Position numbers and translations under genes: made by a program. Source: Acholeplasma sp. (GTDB taxonomy: Bacteria; Bacillota_I; Bacilli_A; Acholeplasmatales; UBA5453). Taken from it: a stretch of 64,000 nt of DNA. A model generated the notes under the pieces. It saw nothing but the letters and a program-made list of their open reading frames with translations. It searched no databases and was not told the DNA's origin. The stretch lies in assembly GCA_012839355.1 (NCBI GenBank), contig DUNK01000037.1:372-64371 (forward strand), written 5' to 3'. The first letter of the stretch is position 1, and every line of letters begins with the position of its first letter. Positions 1 to 9,511 of this stretch are shown here, piece after piece.

Positions 1-22
1 GAACAATTTTGTTCTTTTTTTT
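1..22 (+). terminator. Rho-independent terminator of an off-window upstream plus-strand gene
   Basis: Hairpin gaacaa-tt-ttgttc (1-14) followed by a T8 run (15-22). Confidence 0.45.
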
Positions 23-144
23 ATATTCATATTATGTATAATTTTTATTTTATAAACCAAAACTATAACAAAAACAGCATAAATATTTGTTAAAAACCAC
101 CTTTTTTTATGAAAATTTTACATTTTCGAACTTTTGTCTATTTT

Positions 145-753
145 TTAGAAGTGTTCAAAAACGAACAAGATTCCTTCATACTGAGTAATATATTCATCAA
201 CTTTTCCGATATCTTTTACATCAAGCCAAACCCATCGCCAGTTTTTGAAATAACATTTTTGCTGTATAGTTTCAACCTCTAATCTACTTAATCTTACTCT
301 CCAATCATAAGCATATACTGAAATTGAACTATTAGAGGGAATAGCTACAGAAGCGGTGTGAGTTTCTATTGTTTCTTTAGTAAATTTATATCCTGCCGCT
401 GCTTCAAAAACTTTTAATTTTAATTTAACCTTAGGACTATATTCATGTCCTGTTCGTTTAGTAGTGCTATATTCCAAATGTTGTGTTATAGTGCTGGGGT
501 TTACTCCCGAAATTACATGTCTTTTATTAGTTTTAGTAGCAACTAAGTTATCGTATCTTTTTGTCACAGTGTTCTCATCTCTCGTATGTAATGACGTCCA
601 TCTATAGTTATCATAATAAATTTCGGCACCAACTTCATGAGGAACATTTCCATATACTATAGTTTCATTTACTAAATAGCCAAATAACATTACAGCAATA
701 AATACTCCAAAAGTGTAAAATACTTTTTTGTAAAATTTTAAGGCATTCTTCAT
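145..753 (-). CDS. Hypothetical membrane-anchored or secreted protein (N-terminal TM helix, beta-rich ectodomain)
   Basis: Long ORF 145..774. The AGGAG Shine-Dalgarno (SD) sequence lies 8 nt before the third ATG (753), giving MKNALKFYKKVFYTFGVFIAVMLFGYL as a signal-anchor. No recognisable family motif. Confidence 0.55.
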   Translation of the reverse strand: MKNALKFYKKVFYTFGVFIAVMLFGYLVNETIVYGNVPHEVGAEIYYDNYRWTSLHTRDENTVTKRYDNLVATKTNKRHVISGVNPSTITQHLEYSTTKRTGHEYSPKVKLKLKVFEAAAGYKFTKETIETHTASVAIPSNSSISVYAYDWRVRLSRLEVETIQQKCYFKNWRWVWLDVKDIGKVDEYITQYEGILFVFEHF

Positions 754-824
754 TTTCATATCTCCTACTTTCATAATATTTTTATAGTAATATCTTGCAA
801 GAATATACCTTTTTCCCTATTGTT

Positions 825-859
825 TAAATAAAAATGGACAATCTTTGCGACGTGTCCAT
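825..859 (-). terminator. Rho-independent terminator after the 149-aa gene
   Basis: Minus strand ATGGACA-N12-TGTCCAT hairpin (859..834) followed by TTTTTATTT. Confidence 0.6.
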
Positions 860-908
860 TATGAGTCATTTATTTCTTTATGTCAAGAAATGGTTAGTTT
901 TTTAAAGT

Positions 909-1358
909 TTATCCTGAAATATTTGCTAGTTTTTCTATTTTCTTAGCAATATATTTTTTTTGTTCCCGTGAGTATCTACTTATACCAACACTGATAACTT
1001 CTCCTGTTTTTAAGAAAAACACTAGAGTGTCATCTTGAGTTTTCTCGGTTTTAAAACGATAATCTTCAATAGCAGAAAACGCGAATCTTTTTCTGTACAT
1101 ATTAAATGGAGTATTAAATGTAATTATTTCATCACTAATTTTAACACTATAAAACAAATTCACAATTGATTTAACGAAGAAAATAATGATTAATGCCACT
1201 AACAACATTTTAAATATCTCGTTTATATTAAAATTATCAGAAATGACAATTACGTTTAACACACTTAACACTAATAAAATAATAAAAACTAATGTTAATG
1301 TTGGATTAAAATATAATTCTCTTAAATATTTTTTATCTTTAGGCTTGATCGTTTCCAT
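909..1358 (-). CDS. Hypothetical membrane protein (two TM helices plus a cytoplasmic PH-like C-terminal domain, YdbS/YdbT-like topology)
   Basis: ORF with GGTGGA SD 5 nt upstream of the ATG. Its start overlaps the rnj stop by 20 nt. Two hydrophobic helices (LTLVFIILLVLSVLNVIVI, LLVALIIIFFV). Family call is tentative. Confidence 0.5.
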   Translation of the reverse strand: METIKPKDKKYLRELYFNPTLTLVFIILLVLSVLNVIVISDNFNINEIFKMLLVALIIIFFVKSIVNLFYSVKISDEIITFNTPFNMYRKRFAFSAIEDYRFKTEKTQDDTLVFFLKTGEVISVGISRYSREQKKYIAKKIEKLANISG

Positions 1359-3033
1359 TGTCTTCCACCGATATTAAGACTGGTATAGTTACTGGTCTTC
1401 TTCTTAACTCTTTAAATAAATATTTGTTGATTTCATCTCTTAATGTATATTTAATCTCATTCCAATTAACATACTTACTAGTTTCTAAATACGCATTTAT
1501 GCGGGAAATAAAGATGTTTTTAATTTCTTCTTCAACCATCTTTATATCACTTTCTGTTAAAAATCCTTTTGTAATAAGTTCTACTTCACCTGAGATTTCC
1601 TTTGCTAGAGGATCAACATGAGCGATACAAATTAAAACTCCATCTTCGCTTAATAACTCTCTATCATGTAAAACAATATCATTAATATCGCCTAACCCTA
1701 AACCATCAATTAAAACATCACCATTGCGATAACGACCTTTTTGGACAAACACTCTTTCTTCATCGTCAAACCTTAAAAGATCACCATTATCTAACAAAAA
1801 TACTCTGCTCTCATCATAACCCATCGTTTTAGCGATATTTAAGACTTTATACATCTTACTATATTCACCTATCACAGGCATTATGTATTTTGGTTTTAAC
1901 ATATTAATTAGCATTTTAATCTCATCTGCTGTCGCATTATTACCTGTTAAATATTCTTTATCAATGACATTAATCTTCGCATTACTACGATAGAGTAAAT
2001 TGATTGTTTTAGCAGCAATCCTTTCTGTACCACTAATCGGAGCTGTAGCGACAATTATTGTGTCATTTTCATTGATATGAATTAAATTATCAGCCTTTCT
2101 TAACATTCTTTGCAACATATAATAAGGCTCGTGTCTATCGCCTGTAACTAAACAGACAAGGTCAGGATCATCATTTTTAGTTTTTTCATCAATAAACTTT
2201 AAATAAACAAGTTTATCATCTGGTATTGATAAATAGTTGTTTTCAATTGCTATATCAACAATCCTTTGGGCTTTTCTACCAATAATCGCAACTCTTTTAT
2301 CATACTTTAAAGCGATATTAACAATCTTTTGAATTTGCATTAGATCACTTGAATATAAAGAGATAATTACTCTATCTGTTGCAGTAAATATCGCTTCATT
2401 AACAAGATGATCAAACATTTCTCTTTTATTTCCATCATAAATATCTTGACTACCTAATGATTCAGTCATTAATAGTAATGTCTTTGATTCAGCAATCTCA
2501 GTTAATTTATTAAAATCTGTTTGGTATCTAACATCTGCAACTTGGTCAAAAGAAAAATTACTTGTATAAACTATCGTTCCTGCTAGTGTTTGTAAAGCAA
2601 AACCAACACTTTCAGGAATTGAATGTGTAGTCTTAAAAAAAGAAACTTTTACATTGCCAAACTTAATCATCGCATATTCTGGTACTGTCTTAAGTTTATA
2701 ATCATCAGGATTTAAACCATGTTCCTTTAATGTATCTTTAATTAATTGCATTGTGAAGTTTGTTGCATAGACTGGTACATCAATTTCTTTTAAGAGATGC
2801 GCTATTGCACCAATATGTTCATTATGAGCGTGCGACATGAAAATGCCTTCTATTTGGTCTTTCTTTTGAACAAGCACGCGAAAGTCAGGAATAATCTCAT
2901 CAATTCCAAATAATTCTCTTGATGGATATTTCATTCCTGCATCAAAAACAAATAGACGTTCTTCTACATCTATTACATATAAGTTTTTACCGTTTTCGCC
3001 TAATCCACCTAAGGCAAACACTTGAATTTTCAT
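1339..3033 (-). CDS. rnj: Ribonuclease J (metallo-beta-lactamase / beta-CASP RNase)
   Basis: 564 aa. N-terminus MKIQVFALGGLGENGKN, beta-lactamase motif HAHNEH, overall RNase J architecture. GAAGGATG SD. Confidence 0.9.
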   Translation of the reverse strand: MKIQVFALGGLGENGKNLYVIDVEERLFVFDAGMKYPSRELFGIDEIIPDFRVLVQKKDQIEGIFMSHAHNEHIGAIAHLLKEIDVPVYATNFTMQLIKDTLKEHGLNPDDYKLKTVPEYAMIKFGNVKVSFFKTTHSIPESVGFALQTLAGTIVYTSNFSFDQVADVRYQTDFNKLTEIAESKTLLLMTESLGSQDIYDGNKREMFDHLVNEAIFTATDRVIISLYSSDLMQIQKIVNIALKYDKRVAIIGRKAQRIVDIAIENNYLSIPDDKLVYLKFIDEKTKNDDPDLVCLVTGDRHEPYYMLQRMLRKADNLIHINENDTIIVATAPISGTERIAAKTINLLYRSNAKINVIDKEYLTGNNATADEIKMLINMLKPKYIMPVIGEYSKMYKVLNIAKTMGYDESRVFLLDNGDLLRFDDEERVFVQKGRYRNGDVLIDGLGLGDINDIVLHDRELLSEDGVLICIAHVDPLAKEISGEVELITKGFLTESDIKMVEEEIKNIFISRINAYLETSKYVNWNEIKYTLRDEINKYLFKELRRRPVTIPVLISVEDNGNDQA

Positions 3034-3133
3034 AATTCACATCCTTCATTAAATATTATAACACTTCTTAAAAACATTTAGATATGTTTTGTTAAATATA
3101 TTTAAGTATTGTATAATTGAAATGGTGAAGATA

Positions 3134-3742
3134 ATGACAATTAAACATCCAATTCCAAAAAAGAAATATGAAAAGAAAGACCGACCAAAAAGCATGTCAT
3201 ATACTAGTAACTTAGGGATGACACTAGAGAGTGATGTTGAAGAAACGAACCTTTACTATCTAAAAACAAAAAGAGCGGTTATCTATAAAAAACCAACACC
3301 TGTTCAAATTGTTGATGTTTCTTATCCAAGCCGTAATAAAGCGAAAATTGTTGAAGCATATTATAGAACTCCATCAACAACTGACTTTAATGGAATATAT
3401 AAAGGCTATTATATTGATTTTGACTGTAAAGAAACAAAAAGTACAACAAGTATCCCCCTTGCCAACATTCACAACCATCAGATCGAACACTTAAAAAACA
3501 TCGTAGATGCTGGGGGAATCGGTTTTTTAATTATCTATTTTAAAGCTTATAACGAATATTACTATTTACCCTTTAATGTTCTATACGAATATCATCTAAA
3601 ATCGTTAAAAGGCGGGAGAAAGTCAATCCCATATGAAACATTTAAAGAAAGAGCTTATCCTATTAAGTTTTCCTTTAATCCTCGTCTTGATTACCTAACC
3701 GTAATTGATGAATATATAATTCCAACGATGGAGAAGCATTAA
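3134..3742 (+). CDS. recU: Holliday junction resolvase RecU
   Basis: Collinear with B. subtilis RecU as I remember it: GMTLE..ETN.YY, KKPTPVQIV, STTDFNGIYKGYYIDFDCKETK, HQIEH, GRKSI, AYPI. A TATAAT at 3111-3116 and GGTG SD favour the ATG at 3134 over the track start at 3089. Confidence 0.9.
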   Translation: MTIKHPIPKKKYEKKDRPKSMSYTSNLGMTLESDVEETNLYYLKTKRAVIYKKPTPVQIVDVSYPSRNKAKIVEAYYRTPSTTDFNGIYKGYYIDFDCKETKSTTSIPLANIHNHQIEHLKNIVDAGGIGFLIIYFKAYNEYYYLPFNVLYEYHLKSLKGGRKSIPYETFKERAYPIKFSFNPRLDYLTVIDEYIIPTMEKH

Positions 3743-4290
3743 GCTTCTTCTTTTTTTTCTGTAAAGATATGCGGAAAATATGGGTAGATCATTATGCCTA
3801 CAAGTAACATAAATAGATAAGATAGAAAGTTGTACGGTAAATTATATAAGATAAACGAATAAAACCAAGCATTACTATCAGTAAAATCACTAAAGAATAT
3901 TACACCACTAACCGAATGCATTAAATATCTAATTAGAAATGCCAGAGTGATAGCGAAAATAAACTTTTTCACATCATTAAAGGCATTTTTCTTAAACACT
4001 GCAACTAAACCAACTAGTGTAAATGCTAAAAAGTAATCAAAGATTATTGATCCCCAGTGTATTACAAATCCATCTAACATAAAAACGACTATGCCAATAA
4101 TAAAACCAGAGATACATCCATATAAATATCCATGTCTTAAACTAGCGATAATTACTGGCAATAATACTAATGATATTCTCCCTCCTTGTGGCATTTGTAG
4201 GAGTGGGATTATTGCTGCGAATATTTCTAGTAATACGCCAATAACTGTTAAAACTGCTGTTTCTACTATTATGTATGTTTTCTTGTTCAT
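3739..4290 (-). CDS. thiT: Thiamine transporter ThiT (ECF S-component)
   Basis: About 183-aa polytopic membrane protein directly downstream of a TPP riboswitch. GGAGGG SD 5 nt before the ATG at 4290. The track start at 4323 is a TTG inside the riboswitch terminator. Confidence 0.8.
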   Translation of the reverse strand: MNKKTYIIVETAVLTVIGVLLEIFAAIIPLLQMPQGGRISLVLLPVIIASLRHGYLYGCISGFIIGIVVFMLDGFVIHWGSIIFDYFLAFTLVGLVAVFKKNAFNDVKKFIFAITLAFLIRYLMHSVSGVIFFSDFTDSNAWFYSFILYNLPYNFLSYLFMLLVGIMIYPYFPHIFTEKKEEA

Positions 4291-4302
4291 ATGTTCCCTC
4301 CA

Positions 4303-4436
4303 TAAAAAAATTCTTTCGGACAATACGCCAAAAGAATAATCTTAAAAAACACTTTTTACAATTCCTCCGCTGGCATTGTCCAGATCAGGTATATGGGTCG
4401 ATTTAACATCCTCTCAGCCGTAGCTCCCCAAGTAAA
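4303..4436 (-). promoter_or_regulatory. TPP (THI-box) riboswitch with intrinsic terminator
   Basis: Minus strand reads GGGGAGCUACGGCUGAGAGG...CGACCCAUAUACCUGAUCUGGACAAUGCCAGCGGAGGAA, which carries the conserved CUGAGA and ACCUGAUCUGGAUAAUGCCAGCG elements. It is followed by an AUUCUUU-N14-AAAGAAU hairpin plus U7 (4340..4303). Confidence 0.9.
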
Positions 4437-4477
4437 TGAATATTTAATTCATATAAATTATAACATATAAAAACTCT

Positions 4478-5233
4478 TTAAGTTAGTTTTTTCCTTTTTT
4501 GCCCTCTTGCGGTTATTCTTTGAACTAAACAACGTGGGAAGATTCTTATACAAAAATACATCAACTTCGCTTTAAATCCAGGCAGGATTAATGATTTTTT
4601 AGACTCAATTGCTTTTCTTGCAATCTTGTTAGGTTTACCACGATAACTTTTCTCTTTCGTGCCTGCAGTCTTATAAAAATCAGTCTTAATGCTTCCTGGT
4701 GCTAATGTTTGAACTTTCACATTGTGAGCTTTCGCTTCTAAACTAACAGCTAAACTTAAACTCGTTAAATAAGCTTTACTAGCGCCATAAGTTGCCGCAT
4801 ATGAACAAGGAATAAATGAAGCGATTGAAGAAACATTAATGATTCTTCCTTTTTTCTTTTCTGTAAACTCTTGGTAGTAATGTTTAAAGATATAATGAGC
4901 AGCTTCAACATTAAGATTAATGATTGCTGCTTCTTTTTCTAACTTACCATCAAGAAAGTTTTCGCTATAGCCAACACCGGCATTATTAATTAACACATCT
5001 ACATCATAAAACTTAGTATATTCATACAAGTTTTTTCTCGCCATTTCATCAGTTAAATCAGCAACAAAGATTTGAACTTTATTAGAATATTTTTGTTCAA
5101 TCTCTTTTTTTGCTGTAACTAAATTATTATAATTTCTCGATGTAATTATTAAATTATACCCTAAATCAGCAAGCGCATTAGAAAAGCCTCTACCGAGCCC
5201 TGTTGCACCGCCAGTTATCAACGCATAACTCAT
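4478..5233 (-). CDS. Short-chain dehydrogenase/reductase (SDR) family oxidoreductase
   Basis: N-terminal ITGGATGLGRG (TGxxxGxG), NNAG, catalytic YGASKAY (YxxxK). The start overlaps the pdp stop. Confidence 0.85.
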   Translation of the reverse strand: MSYALITGGATGLGRGFSNALADLGYNLIITSRNYNNLVTAKKEIEQKYSNKVQIFVADLTDEMARKNLYEYTKFYDVDVLINNAGVGYSENFLDGKLEKEAAIINLNVEAAHYIFKHYYQEFTEKKKGRIINVSSIASFIPCSYAATYGASKAYLTSLSLAVSLEAKAHNVKVQTLAPGSIKTDFYKTAGTKEKSYRGKPNKIARKAIESKKSLILPGFKAKLMYFCIRIFPRCLVQRITARGQKRKKLT

Positions 5234-6525
5234 TTAATAACTCCCTCAATTAGTTTTAAAACTCGTTTATTTTTACCAATTTTAATCGCTTCTTGTAAAA
5301 TTTTTAGTGATTGTTCGACATTTTTACTATTAGCATGTAAGTAACAAATAACATCATCTTTATTAACATAAGCACCAACCTTATTAACGAACTCTAAACC
5401 AACTGCCATATCAATTTCATCATCTAAAGTGCGTCTACCTGCCCCTAAAAGCATTCCGGCAACACCGATCTGTTCAGTGTCCATCTCTTCAATAAAACCG
5501 CTCTTATAGGCAATAAATGGGATTTTATATTTAGCTGTAGGTAATAATTCTGGATTTAAAATAACTTCTTTATCTCCACCTTGAGCTACAACCATCTCAA
5601 CTAATTTATTAAATGCTTCACCACTACTAATCTTTTCATCTAATAATGCTTCGGCTTCTTTTTCGCAAGTAATTTCTGCAGCAATTAATAATTGCTTACA
5701 AATCTCATAAACAACAATCTTTAAATCTTCTGGTCCTCCACCTTTTAACATTTCTATCGCTTCTTTAACTTCTAAAGCATTACCGATATTATTTCCTAAA
5801 GGTTCGTCCATACTAGTAATTATCGCTGACATTTTTCTGCCAGCAAGGTTACCGATATTAACCATTAACTCAGCTAATTTTTTCGCTTCAGTGATTGTTT
5901 CTAAGAAAGCACCCGAACCAACCTTCACATCTAAACAAATCGCATTAGCTCCACTTGCGAGTTTTTTACTCATAATACTTGAAGCAATTAATGGAATTGC
6001 CGGAACTGTACCTGTGACATCTCTTAACGCATAAATATATTTATCTGCTGGTGTAATATTATCCGATTGGCCAATAATTGCTAGACCGATTTCATTTACT
6101 TGTTTAATAAAATCTTTCTCACTCATCTCAATATTAAAACCTTTAATGCTCTCTAACTTATCAAGAGTACCGCCAGTATGACCTAACCCTCTTCCACTCA
6201 TCTTCGCAAACTTAGCTCCACACGCAGCCATTAAAGGTCCTAAAACGATTGATACTTTATCGCCTACACCACCTGTTGAATGCTTATCAACTTTAATTCC
6301 TTCAATTGAACTTAAATCAAAAACATCACCGCTATTCATCATCGCTAAAGCCATGTTTGTTGATTCTTCATCAGTCATTCCATTAAAGTAGACAGCCATT
6401 AAAAAAGCACTCATTTGATAATTAGGAATACTTTTATTTGTAAACCCTTCTATAATAAAAGATATTTCTTCTTTAGTTAGTTCTTGTTTTTCTCTTTTTT
6501 TAATAATTAAATCAACCATTCTCAT
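5230..6525 (-). CDS. pdp: Pyrimidine-nucleoside (thymidine) phosphorylase
   Basis: MRMVDLIIKKR N-terminus, DKHSTGGVGDK, SGRGLGHTGGTLDKLE motifs. The track start at 6534 is a GTG inside the AGAGGTG SD, so the ATG at 6525 is the likely start. Confidence 0.9.
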   Translation of the reverse strand: MRMVDLIIKKREKQELTKEEISFIIEGFTNKSIPNYQMSAFLMAVYFNGMTDEESTNMALAMMNSGDVFDLSSIEGIKVDKHSTGGVGDKVSIVLGPLMAACGAKFAKMSGRGLGHTGGTLDKLESIKGFNIEMSEKDFIKQVNEIGLAIIGQSDNITPADKYIYALRDVTGTVPAIPLIASSIMSKKLASGANAICLDVKVGSGAFLETITEAKKLAELMVNIGNLAGRKMSAIITSMDEPLGNNIGNALEVKEAIEMLKGGGPEDLKIVVYEICKQLLIAAEITCEKEAEALLDEKISSGEAFNKLVEMVVAQGGDKEVILNPELLPTAKYKIPFIAYKSGFIEEMDTEQIGVAGMLLGAGRRTLDDEIDMAVGLEFVNKVGAYVNKDDVICYLHANSKNVEQSLKILQEAIKIGKNKRVLKLIEGVIK

Positions 6526-6681
6526 AGTTTTCACCTCTATAATATTATACCATAAATCAAATTATAAAATTGATTTGATTAACTAAAACTAAAAACTATG
6601 AAAAAAAACAAATTTCCTGTTGTTTTTCATAAAAAGACAATTAAAACAATTCCCCCAATATGCAATATTGTTGGATTTTAA

Positions 6682-6710
6682 TTGGTTAAGTTCTCTCTTC
6701 ATGCTATAAT
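6682..6710 (+). promoter_or_regulatory. Sigma-A type promoter with extended -10
   Basis: TTGGTT (6682-6687), 17-nt spacer containing TG at 6702-6703 (TGc just upstream of the -10), then TATAAT (6705-6710). It lies inside the 5' end of the track ORF 6682..7299, arguing for a later start. Confidence 0.55.
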
Positions 6711-6726
6711 ACATAAGGTGATAAAG

Positions 6727-7299
6727 TTGGAAATAGTTTTAGTCAGACATGGTGAAACAACAGCTAACACATATAAATTAATTCAAGGTTGGACTGATAA
6801 TCCCTTAAATGAAGCGGGAATACTTCAAGCTCACGAGGCAGGAAAATATTTAAAGAGTATCAATTATAAGCCCGACGTGGCTTACACTAGCCCACTTTCA
6901 AGAGCTTACGATACAGGAGAAATTATTTTATCGTATATTAATAATTCACTTTCTTTAAATCATGATTTTCATTTCATCGAAAGAAACTTTGGTCCTTTTG
7001 AGCATCATGAAGCGATTCCAACTTTAGAAAAGGTTTTAGTTCCTGGTTTTGATGAACCAGGTTTTGAATCTGATAAAATGATTCAAAGTCGTGTTCTTTT
7101 AGGTCTAAAAAACATTTATAAATATCATAAAGGCGAAAAAGTTATTATATTTTGTCACTCACACACAATAAAATCTTGTTTAATCTTAGCTGAACCAGAA
7201 ACATACACCTACAAACAATTTATCAATAATGGTTCAATTCATAAAATAAAATTTGATGGAGAAAAAATTAAAGTCTTGGACTTTCATTTCTATCCATAA
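6727..7299 (+). CDS. Histidine phosphatase family protein (phosphoglycerate mutase / alpha-ribazole phosphatase-like)
   Basis: LVRHGETTAN (RHGE catalytic motif) near the N-terminus and a later H in CHSHT. AAGGTG SD at 6715-6720 precedes the TTG at 6727. Confidence 0.8.
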   Translation: MEIVLVRHGETTANTYKLIQGWTDNPLNEAGILQAHEAGKYLKSINYKPDVAYTSPLSRAYDTGEIILSYINNSLSLNHDFHFIERNFGPFEHHEAIPTLEKVLVPGFDEPGFESDKMIQSRVLLGLKNIYKYHKGEKVIIFCHSHTIKSCLILAEPETYTYKQFINNGSIHKIKFDGEKIKVLDFHFYP

Positions 7300-7318
7300 A
7301 AAAACACCTCATGGGTGC
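7298..7318 (-). terminator. Rho-independent terminator after plsC
   Basis: Minus strand GCACCC-AUGA-GGUGU hairpin followed by a U run (complement of the A run at 7298-7304). Weak, short stem. Confidence 0.4.
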
Positions 7319-7332
7319 TTTATTCTAAACTA

Positions 7333-7357
7333 AGCCACAGCTTGCTGTGGTTTTTTT
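7333..7357 (+). terminator. Rho-independent terminator after the histidine phosphatase gene
   Basis: CCACAG-CTTG-CTGTGG hairpin (7335-7350) followed by T7 (7351-7357). Confidence 0.7.
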
Positions 7358-8165
7358 AATGTATTGTTTCGTGTTCCTTCAACATTTTCATAATCTTACC
7401 AGCAACTTTATCTGATAATTCTTGTGCCTTTAAGTCTTTATAATCATCATATTCTATTGGTTTACCGATAATAACTTTAACATTAGTTGTTCTTCTTAAG
7501 TATCGTTTATGGTAATCTTCTGAACCGATTAAAGCTACTGGTAATATTGGTAATTTAGCTTTCGTTGTCAGTTTAAATGCGCCAGGCTTAAATGTATCTA
7601 AATTATGAAAATCTTCTTTCTTTCTAGTTCCTTCTGGGAAAACTGCCATTGGTAAACCTTCACTCATCAGTTTTGAACCACGATTAATTTCTTTTAAAGC
7701 ATTTCTCGCATTGTCACGATCAAGGCTTAAGATTCCAAAACCATTTAACCATCTCGTTACAAACTTGTTAATAAAAAGACTATCTTTTGCAAGCATTCCA
7801 ATTCGTTTTCTAGTTAATGATAACATTATAAGCGCATCAGCACCGCTTCTATGGTTAGCATAAATACCATATGCGCTATCTTTAGGAATGTTTTCAAAAC
7901 CTATTACTTTATCAATCTTTAATTTAATAATAAATAGTCTTACAAAGTCACATAAGTGTCTTAGATAAAAATGCTTAAGTCTATTTGTAGGTTTAGCATA
8001 AATAACAAATGGTACAGTTAAAATCATCGTTAGAAAAACAGCGACATAGCCTGCTGCTAAGCCTACAAAAAACCATAAAAAGGCAAATAAATAACTTAGC
8101 CCTGATAAAAAGGTTAAATGAGTAAAAGTAACTATCCATACTAAAAAGAATAAAAATATAATCAT
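7356..8165 (-). CDS. plsC: 1-acyl-sn-glycerol-3-phosphate acyltransferase
   Basis: NHRSGADA (HX4D acyltransferase motif) and FPEGTR, with N-terminal TM helices. Abuts the folA stop. Confidence 0.85.
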   Translation of the reverse strand: MIIFLFFLVWIVTFTHLTFLSGLSYLFAFLWFFVGLAAGYVAVFLTMILTVPFVIYAKPTNRLKHFYLRHLCDFVRLFIIKLKIDKVIGFENIPKDSAYGIYANHRSGADALIMLSLTRKRIGMLAKDSLFINKFVTRWLNGFGILSLDRDNARNALKEINRGSKLMSEGLPMAVFPEGTRKKEDFHNLDTFKPGAFKLTTKAKLPILPVALIGSEDYHKRYLRRTTNVKVIIGKPIEYDDYKDLKAQELSDKVAGKIMKMLKEHETIH

Positions 8166-8648
8166 TTACTTAACACGTCCGTATACTGTGAATTTTAAAT
8201 CCTTGTTTAATCCTTCTTTTTCTTCTAATAATTGAAAATCTTTATTGATGTCAAATTTTGGGAAATAAATATCTCCTTTATATTCTTTTAAAATCCAAGT
8301 AATATAAAGTTTATCCGCAAAAGGTATCGCAAGGTTATAAATAGTTGCACCACCGATAACCCATAATTCTTCTTTTACCCCTTTTAAAAATTCTTCAACA
8401 TCATTTACTTTTATTGCATCATCGTATAAATCATCATTAAGTGATGCTACATAGATTTTACCATAAGGTAACTTTTTATTCTTATAATATACATCTTTTA
8501 GTGAGCGATAAGTCTTTTCACCCATCAAAACTGTTTTATTATGCGTCTTTTCCTTAAAATACAATAAATCTTCCTTGTATCTCCAAGGAAGTTTATCGCT
8601 ATCGCCAACTAACCAATTTTGATCCATCGCCCAAATTAAGTTTATCAT
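8166..8648 (-). CDS. folA: Dihydrofolate reductase
   Basis: 160 aa. [35 protein letters not shown] motifs. Overlaps the thyA stop. Confidence 0.9.
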   Translation of the reverse strand: MINLIWAMDQNWLVGDSDKLPWRYKEDLLYFKEKTHNKTVLMGEKTYRSLKDVYYKNKKLPYGKIYVASLNDDLYDDAIKVNDVEEFLKGVKEELWVIGGATIYNLAIPFADKLYITWILKEYKGDIYFPKFDINKDFQLLEEKEGLNKDLKFTVYGRVK

Positions 8649-9511
8649 ACAGCTACTGCGCCTTTGATACCTGGATGAGGTTTATAATCTGTTAATTCAA
8701 AATCCTCAAATTTAAAATCTGTAATGTTTTTAACATTAGGATTAATTTTCATTTTTGGTAATGCTCTTGGTTCTCTACTTAATTGTAAGTTGATTTGGTC
8801 AAAGTGATTGCTGTATATGTGTGCGTCACCTAAAGTGTGAACGAATTCGTAAGGCTCTAAGCCTGTCACTTGCGCCACCATCATTAAAAGTAATGAATAA
8901 CTAGCAATATTAAATGGCACTCCTAAAAAGATATCAGCACTTCTTTGATAGAGTTGTAAAGAGAGTTTTCCATCTTTCACATAAAACTGAAACATCATAT
9001 GACATGGAGGTAACGCCATTTCTTTTAATTTTGGCGGGTTCCAAGCATTGACGATTAATCTTCTAGAATGCGGATTTCTTTTAATCTCTTCAATCACATT
9101 TAAGAGTTGATCATAACCATTAAAGTTACGCCATTGTTCACCATAAACAGGACCTAAATTACCATGTTTTTTCGCAAAAGAATCATCAGTCTTAATCTTT
9201 TCAACAAACTCTTCTAATGATTCGCCTTTATAATCTTTATGGTTTTTAAATGTTTCATATGGCCACTCATTCCAAATTCTTACATCATTATCAACTAAAT
9301 ATTTAATGTTAGTATCACCAGTAATAAACCATAATAACTCGTGAATAATCGCTCTTAAATAAACTCTTTTAGTCGTTAACAAAGGAAAGCCTTCTTCTAA
9401 ATTAAAACGCATTTGGTAACCAAAAAGACTTCTTGTTCCTGTTCCTGTTCTGTCATCTTTTGATGAACCATTTTCCATTACATGTCTACATAATTCTAAA
9501 TATTGTTTCAT
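8645..9511 (-). CDS. thyA: Thymidylate synthase (ThyA type)
   Basis: DRTGTGT, WNEWP, active-site PPCH in [30 protein letters not shown]. Confidence 0.95.
   Translation of the reverse strand: MKQYLELCRHVMENGSSKDDRTGTGTRSLFGYQMRFNLEEGFPLLTTKRVYLRAIIHELLWFITGDTNIKYLVDNDVRIWNEWPYETFKNHKDYKGESLEEFVEKIKTDDSFAKKHGNLGPVYGEQWRNFNGYDQLLNVIEEIKRNPHSRRLIVNAWNPPKLKEMALPPCHMMFQFYVKDGKLSLQLYQRSADIFLGVPFNIASYSLLLMMVAQVTGLEPYEFVHTLGDAHIYSNHFDQINLQLSREPRALPKMKINPNVKNITDFKFEDFELTDYKPHPGIKGAVAV

Noticed and set aside
3089-3133. Longer N-termini given by the ORF track for recU (3089), thiT (4323), pdp (6534), the histidine phosphatase (6682), deoD (14716), queT (24478), znuB (28682), the 234-aa membrane protein (31752) and the first tandem ABC gene (52138).
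   Set aside because: In each case a downstream in-frame start has a proper SD at 5-8 nt. The upstream extension either overlaps a promoter, riboswitch or neighbouring gene, or adds residues absent from the family N-terminus. The alternatives are noted in the feature entries.
6598-6681. 27-aa plus-strand ORF (MKKNKFPVVFHKKTIKTIPPICNIVGF) in the pdp / histidine-phosphatase intergenic region, next to an imperfect A/T-rich inverted repeat.
   Set aside because: There is no SD or promoter in a suitable position. The inverted repeat is mostly A/T runs with a bulge and is not followed by a proper U tract.
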